33,783 nucleotides of DNA from Labilithrix sp. GTDB lineage: Bacteria > Myxococcota_A > Polyangia > Polyangiales > Polyangiaceae. Below the pieces are notes generated by a model. That model saw only the letters and a program-made list of their open reading frames with translations. It was not told the DNA's origin and searched no databases. Shown in pieces: positions 26,300-33,783 of the stretch. The position numbers and the translations under genes were made by a program. The stretch lies in contig JBGAFW010000037.1 in the NCBI GenBank assembly GCA_044227045.1, positions 65,129 to 98,911 on the forward strand. The letters run 5' to 3'. Numbering within the stretch: the stretch's first letter is position 1; the number at the start of each line of letters is the position of its first letter.

Positions 26300-27430
26300 A
26301 TGCGGAAATTCCCGGCAAAGGCGAGCGCGATCGTCTACCTCTCGACGAGCCTGATGCTTCTCGGCTGCCCGACGAAGCACGACAGCGGCAGCGCCGAGGC
26401 GCCGAGCCATTCACGTCGCGCCGATCGATCGATCGTGCTCTCGGACGCGAGCGCTCTCTACGTCCGCGTCGAGCCAGCCAAGGCAGCGACCGCGGCGCGC
26501 ACGCGCTCGTTCGCCGGTCGTGTCACGTTCGACGAGCGCCATGTCGCGCGCCTCGGCCCGGCCGTCGGCGGGCGTGTGTCGTCGATCAACGTCGTCACGG
26601 GTGACACGGTGAAGAAGGGCGACGTGCTCCTCACGATCTACGCGCCGGATGTCGCGAGCGCGCAGGCGCAGGTGACGCAAGCGAAGACCACACGGACGCT
26701 CGCCGAGCGCGCGGCCGAGCGTGCACGCATCTTGAAGCGCGACGGAGCGGGGTCGGACGCCGAGCTTCAAACGGCCGAGGCGGCGCTCGCCCAAGCCGAG
26801 AACGAAGAGCGTCGTGCCTCCGCTGCGCTCGGCGCGATCGGCGGCGCGTCCGGCGCGACGGAGTACGTGCTTCGTTCCCCGATCGCCGGGAAGGTGATCG
26901 AGCGCAACGTCGCGGTCGGCGCGCAGGTGACGCCAAGCGCGGAGAAGACGCTGTTCACCGTCGGCGACCTGTCGACGGTGTGGGTCATTGCTGATGTCTT
27001 CGAGCAAGACCTCGCGTCGGTGCAGCCCGGCGCCGAGGCGACGATCCAGCTCCTCGCGCTACGCGGAAAGACCTTCTCGGGCAAGGTGACGCATCTCTCC
27101 AACGTGATCGATCCGCTCACTCGCGCCGCCGAAGCGCGCATCGAGCTCGCCAACGCGGATGGGGAGCTCAAGCCAGGCATGAGCGCGCGCGTCCTGATGC
27201 GTGGGTCGCTCCCGAATGGCTCCGAGATCCCAGTAAGCTCCGTGCTGGCGCGCCGTGACCAGTTCTTCGTGTTCGTGAAGCAGAAGGACGGCTCGTTCGT
27301 GCAGCGCGAGGTTCAGCTCGGCGATCAACACGGCGAGCACGCCACGATCATGGCAGGCCTGACGCCCGGTGAGGAGGTCGTCACCGAAGGCGCCATCCTG
27401 CTCGATGCCGAGGCGAACGAGGCGCTCTAG
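26300..27430 (+). CDS. RND efflux membrane fusion protein (CzcB/CusB-like periplasmic adaptor), lipoprotein
   Basis: GGAAGG precedes ATG 26300. Lipobox LLGC. HlyD-like beta-barrel/lipoyl motifs are present (VLRSPIAGKVIE..., FTVGDLSTVWVIADV). Confidence 0.75.
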   Translation: MRKFPAKASAIVYLSTSLMLLGCPTKHDSGSAEAPSHSRRADRSIVLSDASALYVRVEPAKAATAARTRSFAGRVTFDERHVARLGPAVGGRVSSINVVTGDTVKKGDVLLTIYAPDVASAQAQVTQAKTTRTLAERAAERARILKRDGAGSDAELQTAEAALAQAENEERRASAALGAIGGASGATEYVLRSPIAGKVIERNVAVGAQVTPSAEKTLFTVGDLSTVWVIADVFEQDLASVQPGAEATIQLLALRGKTFSGKVTHLSNVIDPLTRAAEARIELANADGELKPGMSARVLMRGSLPNGSEIPVSSVLARRDQFFVFVKQKDGSFVQREVQLGDQHGEHATIMAGLTPGEEVVTEGAILLDAEANEAL

Positions 27431-27446
27431 CCAACGGGCTTCCATC

Positions 27447-30400
27447 ATGTCGATCGCCAAACTGCTCGACTTCGCGCTCCACCGACGAGGCGTCATCCTC
27501 GCCATCGCCGCTGTGCTCGTCTTGGTCGGCGCGCGCAGCTTCCAGCGCCTGCCGATCGAGGCGTACCCCGATGTCGCAGACACGTGGGTGCAGATCATCA
27601 CGCAGTGGCCTGGCCACGCGGCGGAGGAGGTCGAGCGTCAGATCACGATCCCGACCGAACGCGTCATGAACGGCGTGCCGCGAAAGACGGCGCTTCGCTC
27701 GACGTCGATCGGCGGCCTCAGCGTCGTCACGCTCGTCTTCGAAGACGGCACGGACAGCTATTTCGCTCGCCAGCAGGTGTCCGAGCGACTCGACAAGGTC
27801 GAGCTGCCGCAAGGCGTCGAACGTCAGCTCGGGCCGCTCGCGAGCCCGGTCGGCGAGATCCTGCGCTATCGCCTCGTCAACTGCGCGAACGTCCGCGTCC
27901 CTGCGTGTCGCGACGACGACGTCGCGCAAGGGCCAAAGCCGCTCAGCGAGCTGAAGGACATCGAAGAGTACGTCGTCGAGCGTGAGCTCCTCGCGACCAA
28001 CGGCGTCGCCGACGTGGTGAGCTTCGGCGGGACGACGAAGCAGTTTCAGGTCTTCGTCGATCCGCTCATGCTCGCGGCGCACTCGCTCACGTTCGAAGAC
28101 GTCGCGAAGGCGCTCGCCGACGCGAACGGCAACGCCGGCGGTGGCGTGATCGCGCTGGGTCGCGCTGCGCTCAACGTGCGCGGCATCGGTCTCTTGTCTC
28201 CGGAGCAGATCGGCGACGTGATGTTGCCGTCGACGAAGGACGACGTGCCGGTTCGCGTGCGGCAGGTCGCGCGCGTGCAGGTGGGGCATCGACCGCGGCT
28301 CGGGCGTGTGAGCGTCGACAGCGAGCGCGATGTCGTCGCCGCCACCATCCTTCTCCGCAAGGGCGAGCAGGCGGACGCCACCCTCGAGGCGGTGCACAAG
28401 CGCATCGACGAGGTGAACGATCGAGTGCTTCCCCGAGGCGTAAAAATAGGGGTCTACTACGATCGCACCGAGCTGATGAAGAGCACGACGCACACCGTGC
28501 TCTCGAACTTGGTCGAGGGAATGCTCCTCATCACGTTCGTGCTCTTCCTCTTCGTGGGTAACGCACGGGCGGCGGTCGTCGCGGCCGTCACGATCCCGCT
28601 CTCGCTCCTCTTCGCGTTCATCTGCATGGACGCGGCCGGCATCCCGGCGAACCTCTTGTCGATCGGCGCGCTCGACTTCGGCATGATCGTCGACGGCGCG
28701 ATCGTCATGGTCGAGAACACGTTCCGGCACGTCGCGGAGGCGCAAGAGAAGAAGGAGCCCTACGACCTGCGCAGCGTCGCGCGTGCGGCGAGCCAAGAGG
28801 TGGCGCGACCGGTCGTCTTCGCGATGGCGACGATCATCCTCGCCTACCTCCCGATCTTCACGCTCGAGCGCGTCGAAGGGAAGCTGTTCCGTCCGATGGC
28901 GTGGACGGTCGCCTTCGCGCTCGTCGGCGCGCTCTTGATCTCGATCACCGTCGTGCCGGTGCTCACGACGTACTTCTTTCGCACCCGCCTCAAGGAGTTC
29001 GAGAATCCGATCCTGAAGTGGTCGTGGAAGATCTATCAGCCGATCCTCAAGCGGCTTCTGATCGCCCCGAAGCTCGCGATCCTCCTGAGCGTCCTCTTGC
29101 TGGCGGGCGACGCCGGGCTCCTCAAGCGCGTCGGCAGCGAGTTCCTTCCGCACCTCGACGAAGGAGCGGTGTGGATGCGCGCGACGATGCCGTCGAACGT
29201 ATCGCTGCAAGAAGCCGAGGCGCTCGTCGACGGCGTGCACACGAAGGACCGCGACACGATCGGCGTGCGCGAGATCCTCGCGCGGTTCCCCGAGATACGA
29301 ACGCTCGCGATTCAGGTGGGTCGACCCGACGACGGCACAGATCCAACGGGCTTCTACAACGCCGAGTTCTTGCTCGTCTTGCACGACAGGTCGCAGTGGC
29401 GCAAAGAGTTTCACGGCAGCAAAGACGCGCTCATCGCGGCGATCAACGATGACGTCTCCGTCATCCCTGGCGTCGCGTTTGGCTTCTCACAACCCATCGC
29501 CGACAACGTCGAAGAGGCGCTCACGGGCGTGAAGGGTCAGCTCGCGGTGAAGATCACCGGTGAAGATCTCAACGCGCTCGACGACATCGCCGATCAGATC
29601 GCGAAGAACATCCAGCCCGTGCCAGGTGTGGTCGATCTCACCGTCGTACGCGAGCTCGGCCAATCGAACGTGAACGTCGAGATCTCGCGTGATCGCGCCG
29701 AGCGCTTCGGCCTGACGGTCGCGCAGGTCGAAGACGTCGTCGAGAACGGCGTCGGCGGGCAGGTCGTCTCGAACATCGTCGAGGGAGAACGCCGGCACGA
29801 GCTCGTCGTTCGCTACGGCGAAGAGTTTCGCGACAACACGGATGCGTTGAAGCAAGTCCTCATCCCGCTCAAGGGTGGCCATCTCGTCCCGCTCGCGCAC
29901 GTCGCCGACGTGAGCGTCGTCGGCGGCGCTTCGCGAATCTTCCGCGAGAATGGTCGCCGGTACATCGCCGTTCGCTTCGGCGTGCGCGGTCGCGATCTTG
30001 GGTCCACCGTCGATCAGGCGCAGGCGAACGTCGCGAAGCACGTGCGCATCCCGCCGGGCTACGACGTGCAGTGGGGCGGCGAGTTCGAGAGCGCGCGCCG
30101 CGCAGGCAAGCGCCTCGCGTTCATCATTCCGATCACGCTCCTCGCCATCTTCGTGTTGCTCCTCGGCGCCTTCAAGAACCTCCGTGACGCCGGGATCGTG
30201 TTCCTCAACGTGCTCCTCACCTCGCCGGTGGGTGGTCTCGCCGCGCTGCTAGCGACAGGGACGAACTTCTCGGTGTCCGCTGGCGTCGGCTTCCTCGCGC
30301 TCTTCGGCGTCGCCGTGCAGACGGGCGTCATCCTCATCTCCCATGTCAACGAGCGCCGGTCGGAGGGCGCGACGGTCGACGAAGCCATCACCGACGCGGT

Positions 30401-30683
30401 GCGCACACGTCTCCGCCCGATCGTCATGATGGCGTTGGTGGCGACGCTCGGCCTTCTCCCCGCGGCGGTGAGCACTGGCATCGGCTCCGACTCGCAGAAG
30501 CCTCTCGCGATCGTGGTCGTCGGCGGCTTGTTCTCGTCGCTCGGGCTCTCGCTCCTGATCTTGCCCATGCTCTACAAGTTGATCGGTCGCCGGCATGTCC
30601 CGAAGAAGAAGCCCGAACATCACGAGCCGCAGGACGAGGTCGACGACGACGACGACGCCCGCGTGGAGGAGCCCGCCACATGA
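27447..30683 (+). CDS. Heavy-metal-efflux RND permease, CzcA/CusA family
   Basis: 1078 aa with 12-TM RND topology. The HME-type N-terminal signature is LPIEAYPDV...FEDGTDSYFARQQVSERL (compare CzcA FKDGTDVYFARQLV). It starts 16 nt after the MFP stop. Confidence 0.85.
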   Translation: MSIAKLLDFALHRRGVILAIAAVLVLVGARSFQRLPIEAYPDVADTWVQIITQWPGHAAEEVERQITIPTERVMNGVPRKTALRSTSIGGLSVVTLVFEDGTDSYFARQQVSERLDKVELPQGVERQLGPLASPVGEILRYRLVNCANVRVPACRDDDVAQGPKPLSELKDIEEYVVERELLATNGVADVVSFGGTTKQFQVFVDPLMLAAHSLTFEDVAKALADANGNAGGGVIALGRAALNVRGIGLLSPEQIGDVMLPSTKDDVPVRVRQVARVQVGHRPRLGRVSVDSERDVVAATILLRKGEQADATLEAVHKRIDEVNDRVLPRGVKIGVYYDRTELMKSTTHTVLSNLVEGMLLITFVLFLFVGNARAAVVAAVTIPLSLLFAFICMDAAGIPANLLSIGALDFGMIVDGAIVMVENTFRHVAEAQEKKEPYDLRSVARAASQEVARPVVFAMATIILAYLPIFTLERVEGKLFRPMAWTVAFALVGALLISITVVPVLTTYFFRTRLKEFENPILKWSWKIYQPILKRLLIAPKLAILLSVLLLAGDAGLLKRVGSEFLPHLDEGAVWMRATMPSNVSLQEAEALVDGVHTKDRDTIGVREILARFPEIRTLAIQVGRPDDGTDPTGFYNAEFLLVLHDRSQWRKEFHGSKDALIAAINDDVSVIPGVAFGFSQPIADNVEEALTGVKGQLAVKITGEDLNALDDIADQIAKNIQPVPGVVDLTVVRELGQSNVNVEISRDRAERFGLTVAQVEDVVENGVGGQVVSNIVEGERRHELVVRYGEEFRDNTDALKQVLIPLKGGHLVPLAHVADVSVVGGASRIFRENGRRYIAVRFGVRGRDLGSTVDQAQANVAKHVRIPPGYDVQWGGEFESARRAGKRLAFIIPITLLAIFVLLLGAFKNLRDAGIVFLNVLLTSPVGGLAALLATGTNFSVSAGVGFLALFGVAVQTGVILISHVNERRSEGATVDEAITDAVRTRLRPIVMMALVATLGLLPAAVSTGIGSDSQKPLAIVVVGGLFSSLGLSLLILPMLYKLIGRRHVPKKKPEHHEPQDEVDDDDDARVEEPAT

Positions 30684-32014
30684 TCACGTTGAAGCTCTTA
30701 CGGCGATCGATCACGGCCTGCGTCGTCGCGCTCGCGACGAACGCGCACGCGCAGCCACCTTCACCCGCGCCTCCTTCGCCTGCGGCTCCGCCGACGCAAG
30801 CTCCCGAGCCTGAGAACGACGGCGTCCCGTCCTTCACCGAGGAGCAGCTCTTCGATCGATGGCTGCGGACGAGCGCGGAGGTGGCTGCGTGGAAGGCGCA
30901 GGTGGGCAGCGCGCGCTTCGACGTCATCACGGCGAAGCTCCTCCCAAACCCAGAGGTCGCGCTGAGCGTCAACGCGCTCGCGGCGGGCACGCCGCCGGAC
31001 GGCACGATGGGCTACCAGGCGCAGCTCACCGTTCCGCTCCCCGTGTTCGGTCAGATCGGGGCACGGCGTGAGGCAGCCGAGGCGCTCGTGACGGTGGCGG
31101 AGGCGAACGCGCTCGCGACGCTCTGGCAGCGCGCGGCGGATCTGCAGGCGGCGATGGTCGACGCGGCGTTCGCCGACGCGCGCGTCGTGATGCTCGGAAA
31201 GAACCTCGTCGAGCTCGAGCGCTTGCAGCGCATCATTCAGACGCGGGCCGCGGCGGGAGCGAACAGCGCATACGACGTGCTTCGCGTGACGACGTCCGAG
31301 ACGACGGTACGCGCGGCGCTGACGACCGCCCTCACGGATCGCGCAGAGGCGGAGTCACGGCTGCTCGCGTTGATGGCCGAGGCGACCCTCAATCGCGTGC
31401 ATGTGACACGTGATGGTTTGTCGTCGTTTCGTGGTCCATCGGACGAAGCCGGCCTCGTGAAGCTTGCGCTCGCGCGGAGACCCGATCTCGAGCTCGCGCG
31501 GCGCAACGTCAACGCGTCGGAGCGTTCGGCGACGCGCTATCGCAAAGACGCCATTCCCACGCCGAGCGTCTTCGCCGCAGGGTATGTCGTGACGGGACAG
31601 TTCGGCGTGCAGGTCACCGGTGGCGTTTCGTTCCCGCTGCCCGTCTTCGATCGCAACCAAGGGCAGGTCGGGCGTGCGCTCTCGGACGCCCAAGCGAACG
31701 AGCTGCTCGTGAAGGCGCTCGAAGCACGCATCAAGAACGAGGTGGGCGGCGCGTGGCGTGCGCGCGAGACCGCGCGCGTCGCGCTCGATCGGTACCGCCA
31801 GGCGGCGATGCCTGCGGCACAAGAGCTCCTTCGGCGTGCCGAGGTCACGTACCAGGCTGCGACGTTCTCGATCGCAGAGCTCTTCGACGCGTACCGAACG
31901 ATGTGGGACGCTCGTTTGCAGGAGATTGATCTCGAGCGACAAATGGCGCTCGCGGAGATCAACCTCGAACGAAGCGCCGTGCTCATGCCGCTCGCTCCAG
32001 CGCCTGCGAAATAG
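30680..32014 (+). CDS. Outer-membrane efflux factor (CzcC/TolC-like OMF)
   Basis: The ATG overlaps the RND stop (ATGA). It has a signal peptide and tandem OEP repeats with typical Arg/Asp-rich helices (PDLELARRNVNASE...). Confidence 0.75.
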   Translation: MITLKLLRRSITACVVALATNAHAQPPSPAPPSPAAPPTQAPEPENDGVPSFTEEQLFDRWLRTSAEVAAWKAQVGSARFDVITAKLLPNPEVALSVNALAAGTPPDGTMGYQAQLTVPLPVFGQIGARREAAEALVTVAEANALATLWQRAADLQAAMVDAAFADARVVMLGKNLVELERLQRIIQTRAAAGANSAYDVLRVTTSETTVRAALTTALTDRAEAESRLLALMAEATLNRVHVTRDGLSSFRGPSDEAGLVKLALARRPDLELARRNVNASERSATRYRKDAIPTPSVFAAGYVVTGQFGVQVTGGVSFPLPVFDRNQGQVGRALSDAQANELLVKALEARIKNEVGGAWRARETARVALDRYRQAAMPAAQELLRRAEVTYQAATFSIAELFDAYRTMWDARLQEIDLERQMALAEINLERSAVLMPLAPAPAK

Positions 32015-32145
32015 TCGTCGACCGCGACGAGCCCGCGTGCAAGGAAGAGATCGACGCGGAGGTGCGTAACTTGGCATATAACCTGCCGTGATCGCCCTCG
32101 TTCGCACGCGATTTTCAAACCTTCCCTAAAATTTTCGAGCAAAGC

Positions 32146-33639
32146 GTGTTTCTCATGAGCGCCGCGAACCGGCCGGACGACGACTCCATCGACTTCGATC
32201 CCGCGTCGTCGGGACCCATCACCAAGCCGATGACACAACGTGGTGGCTCGAGCGCCTCATGGCCCGAGTACACGGCGGTCGATTCGGACTCGGATTACAT
32301 GGAGGTCGATTCGCTGGACGTGAGCCTCGGAAGCGTGACGCCCACGACGCCGGGCATGCCGCTTCGTCTGGAGAGCGCGCACGCGCACGAAGAAGCCTCA
32401 CCCCACACGATCCGATCCGGGTCGTGGACAGCGCCGCCGATCGCGCCTGCACCGGTGCTCGTCATCCCTGCAGCTCCGCCCGCGCCTCCGACGCCGCCGC
32501 CCGCGACGGCCCCTGCGACGCCGTTCGTCGCGAAGAGCGAGCTGCAAGGCGGCACCAACGAGACGAGCTCAGGCACGAACGAGAAGAAGACGCTCCTCGA
32601 GCCCGCGATCGCGAGGCGAAAGGTCGCGCAGCCCACGGTCATGGAGCCCGCGATCGCCAAGAAGCGACAGTCGCCGCCGCCGTTGCCCGACCTCACCGAG
32701 ACGGTCGATGATCTTCGTCCTCGGCGAAACGTCGCGCCGACCGTGATCGATCGGCCGCTGGCGCCGAGCGCGAGCGCGACGCCGACCGTCGACGATCACA
32801 CGGTGATTCTGCCTCCGGCTCCTGGCGCATCGCCCTCGTCGCCACCGCCTTCTCCTTCTTCTCAGGAGCGCCAGATCACGCACGCCGAGCGTCTCGCTGG
32901 TCTCCACTGGGAAGACGTCGCTCATGCGAGGCTCTCGTCATCGCCTCCACCGAACGTCACGGTCCTTCTCCGGCGTGCAGACATCCAAGCGGCCGTCGAG
33001 GCGTCGCCTTCGAGCCCTCCCGCGCTGCCGAGCGCGAATCCGTTCGACGTCGAGCTCGTCGAGAACGTCTCGCAGCCCATGCGCTACCGCGACGCGATTC
33101 AGCTCGGCGACGGTCACGCGATGCTCGTGATGACCGACTTCGGCGCTGCGCCGGTATCGAGCGAGCTCATCGATCGGCTGAGGCGCGTCGTGCGCAACGC
33201 CGCCGGGCGTGGCGACAGTCCAGGTGAGATCCTTCGCATCTTGAACCGCGAGGTGGAGGAGGTCGGTCTCACCGCGACGGCGCTCTGCGTGAAGATCGAC
33301 CTCGTTGATCAGGTCGCCGCCGTCGCGTCAGCCGGCGCCAACGCGCCGTTCGTGCTTCGCGGGAGCGACACCGAACGCATGGTCCGTGCCGCGGGAGATG
33401 GCGCGACGGTGGGGCTTGGCCTCGTCCACTCCGCCCAGTTCACCGAGCGCTCCGTTCATTTCGAGGCGGGTGACATGCTGCTCGTCGCGTCGCATGCCTC
33501 GTGTGTGGCGCTCGAGCGGCTCTTCTCCCAGCCGGCGCTGCTCGCCTCTCTGAAATCCATGCGATCGGTCGACTGGCAGCGTCCTTGCGTTCCGCCGGGT
33601 TCCTCGCTGCTTTCGCTCGTTTTGCGCGCCTCACGCTAG
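32146..33639 (+). CDS. Protein with a long Pro-rich disordered N-terminal half and a C-terminal SpoIIE/PP2C-like (PPM) phosphatase-like domain
   Basis: The C-terminal 200 aa follow the PPM pattern (QLGDGHAMLVMTDFGA..., TATALCVKIDL..., FEAGDMLLVASHAS). The canonical DVSGHG metal motif is replaced by TDFGAA. Confidence 0.45.
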   Translation: MFLMSAANRPDDDSIDFDPASSGPITKPMTQRGGSSASWPEYTAVDSDSDYMEVDSLDVSLGSVTPTTPGMPLRLESAHAHEEASPHTIRSGSWTAPPIAPAPVLVIPAAPPAPPTPPPATAPATPFVAKSELQGGTNETSSGTNEKKTLLEPAIARRKVAQPTVMEPAIAKKRQSPPPLPDLTETVDDLRPRRNVAPTVIDRPLAPSASATPTVDDHTVILPPAPGASPSSPPPSPSSQERQITHAERLAGLHWEDVAHARLSSSPPPNVTVLLRRADIQAAVEASPSSPPALPSANPFDVELVENVSQPMRYRDAIQLGDGHAMLVMTDFGAAPVSSELIDRLRRVVRNAAGRGDSPGEILRILNREVEEVGLTATALCVKIDLVDQVAAVASAGANAPFVLRGSDTERMVRAAGDGATVGLGLVHSAQFTERSVHFEAGDMLLVASHASCVALERLFSQPALLASLKSMRSVDWQRPCVPPGSSLLSLVLRASR

Positions 33640-33783
33640 AAGTCGCGGGTTGAGGCCGATCGGCGTCACTTGTGATGCCGCTTCTAGAAATCGTCGTGTC
33701 ACCCGTTCGAACGTCCACGTTTGGGGTGGTTGGCGCTGGCCAAATGCGTCATACGCTAACCCACTCATGGTCGCCCACGTCGT

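Noticed and set aside
27381-29414. 677-aa minus-strand ORF
   Set aside because: It is antisense to the CzcA-like RND gene. It is a high-GC antisense artefact.

Overview
This is a roughly 70% GC window with many lipoproteins and PEGA domains, so it is probably Myxococcota-like; that assignment is inferred from composition and domain content only. Nearly all of it is coding. I call 27 CDS: a lipoprotein c-type cytochrome, ligA with two BRCT domains, two ATP-grasp enzymes, an MDR quinone oxidoreductase, a molybdopterin oxidoreductase, an L,D-transpeptidase, an OmpR-type response regulator, a CzcB-CzcA-CzcC-like heavy-metal RND efflux operon, a SpoIIE/PP2C-like protein and nine predicted lipoproteins. 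I found no rRNA, tRNA, CRISPR, transposase or integrase. Two things stand out. (1) A 1.3-kb noncoding block at 14772-16106 is a composite higher-order tandem repeat. It has an 8.7-copy 19-bp GC-rich array that starts immediately after the upstream gene's stop codon, 11 dispersed copies of a 28-bp AT-containing motif with core TTGAAAAGGGTG, and degenerate larger units. (2) A translationally coupled pair of paralogous membrane proteins at 20069-22053 share an N-terminal coiled coil, a conserved 5-Cys domain, one TM helix and a C-terminal PEGA domain. Other notable items are a perfect 2x32-bp tandem duplication at the start codon of an ATP-grasp gene, a putative operon of ATP-grasp ligase, secreted protein and membrane-anchored pentein-like enzyme, and an orphan response regulator followed by a Ddl-like ligase and divergent from the Czc-like operon. 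All product calls come from motifs read by eye. No database searches were run.
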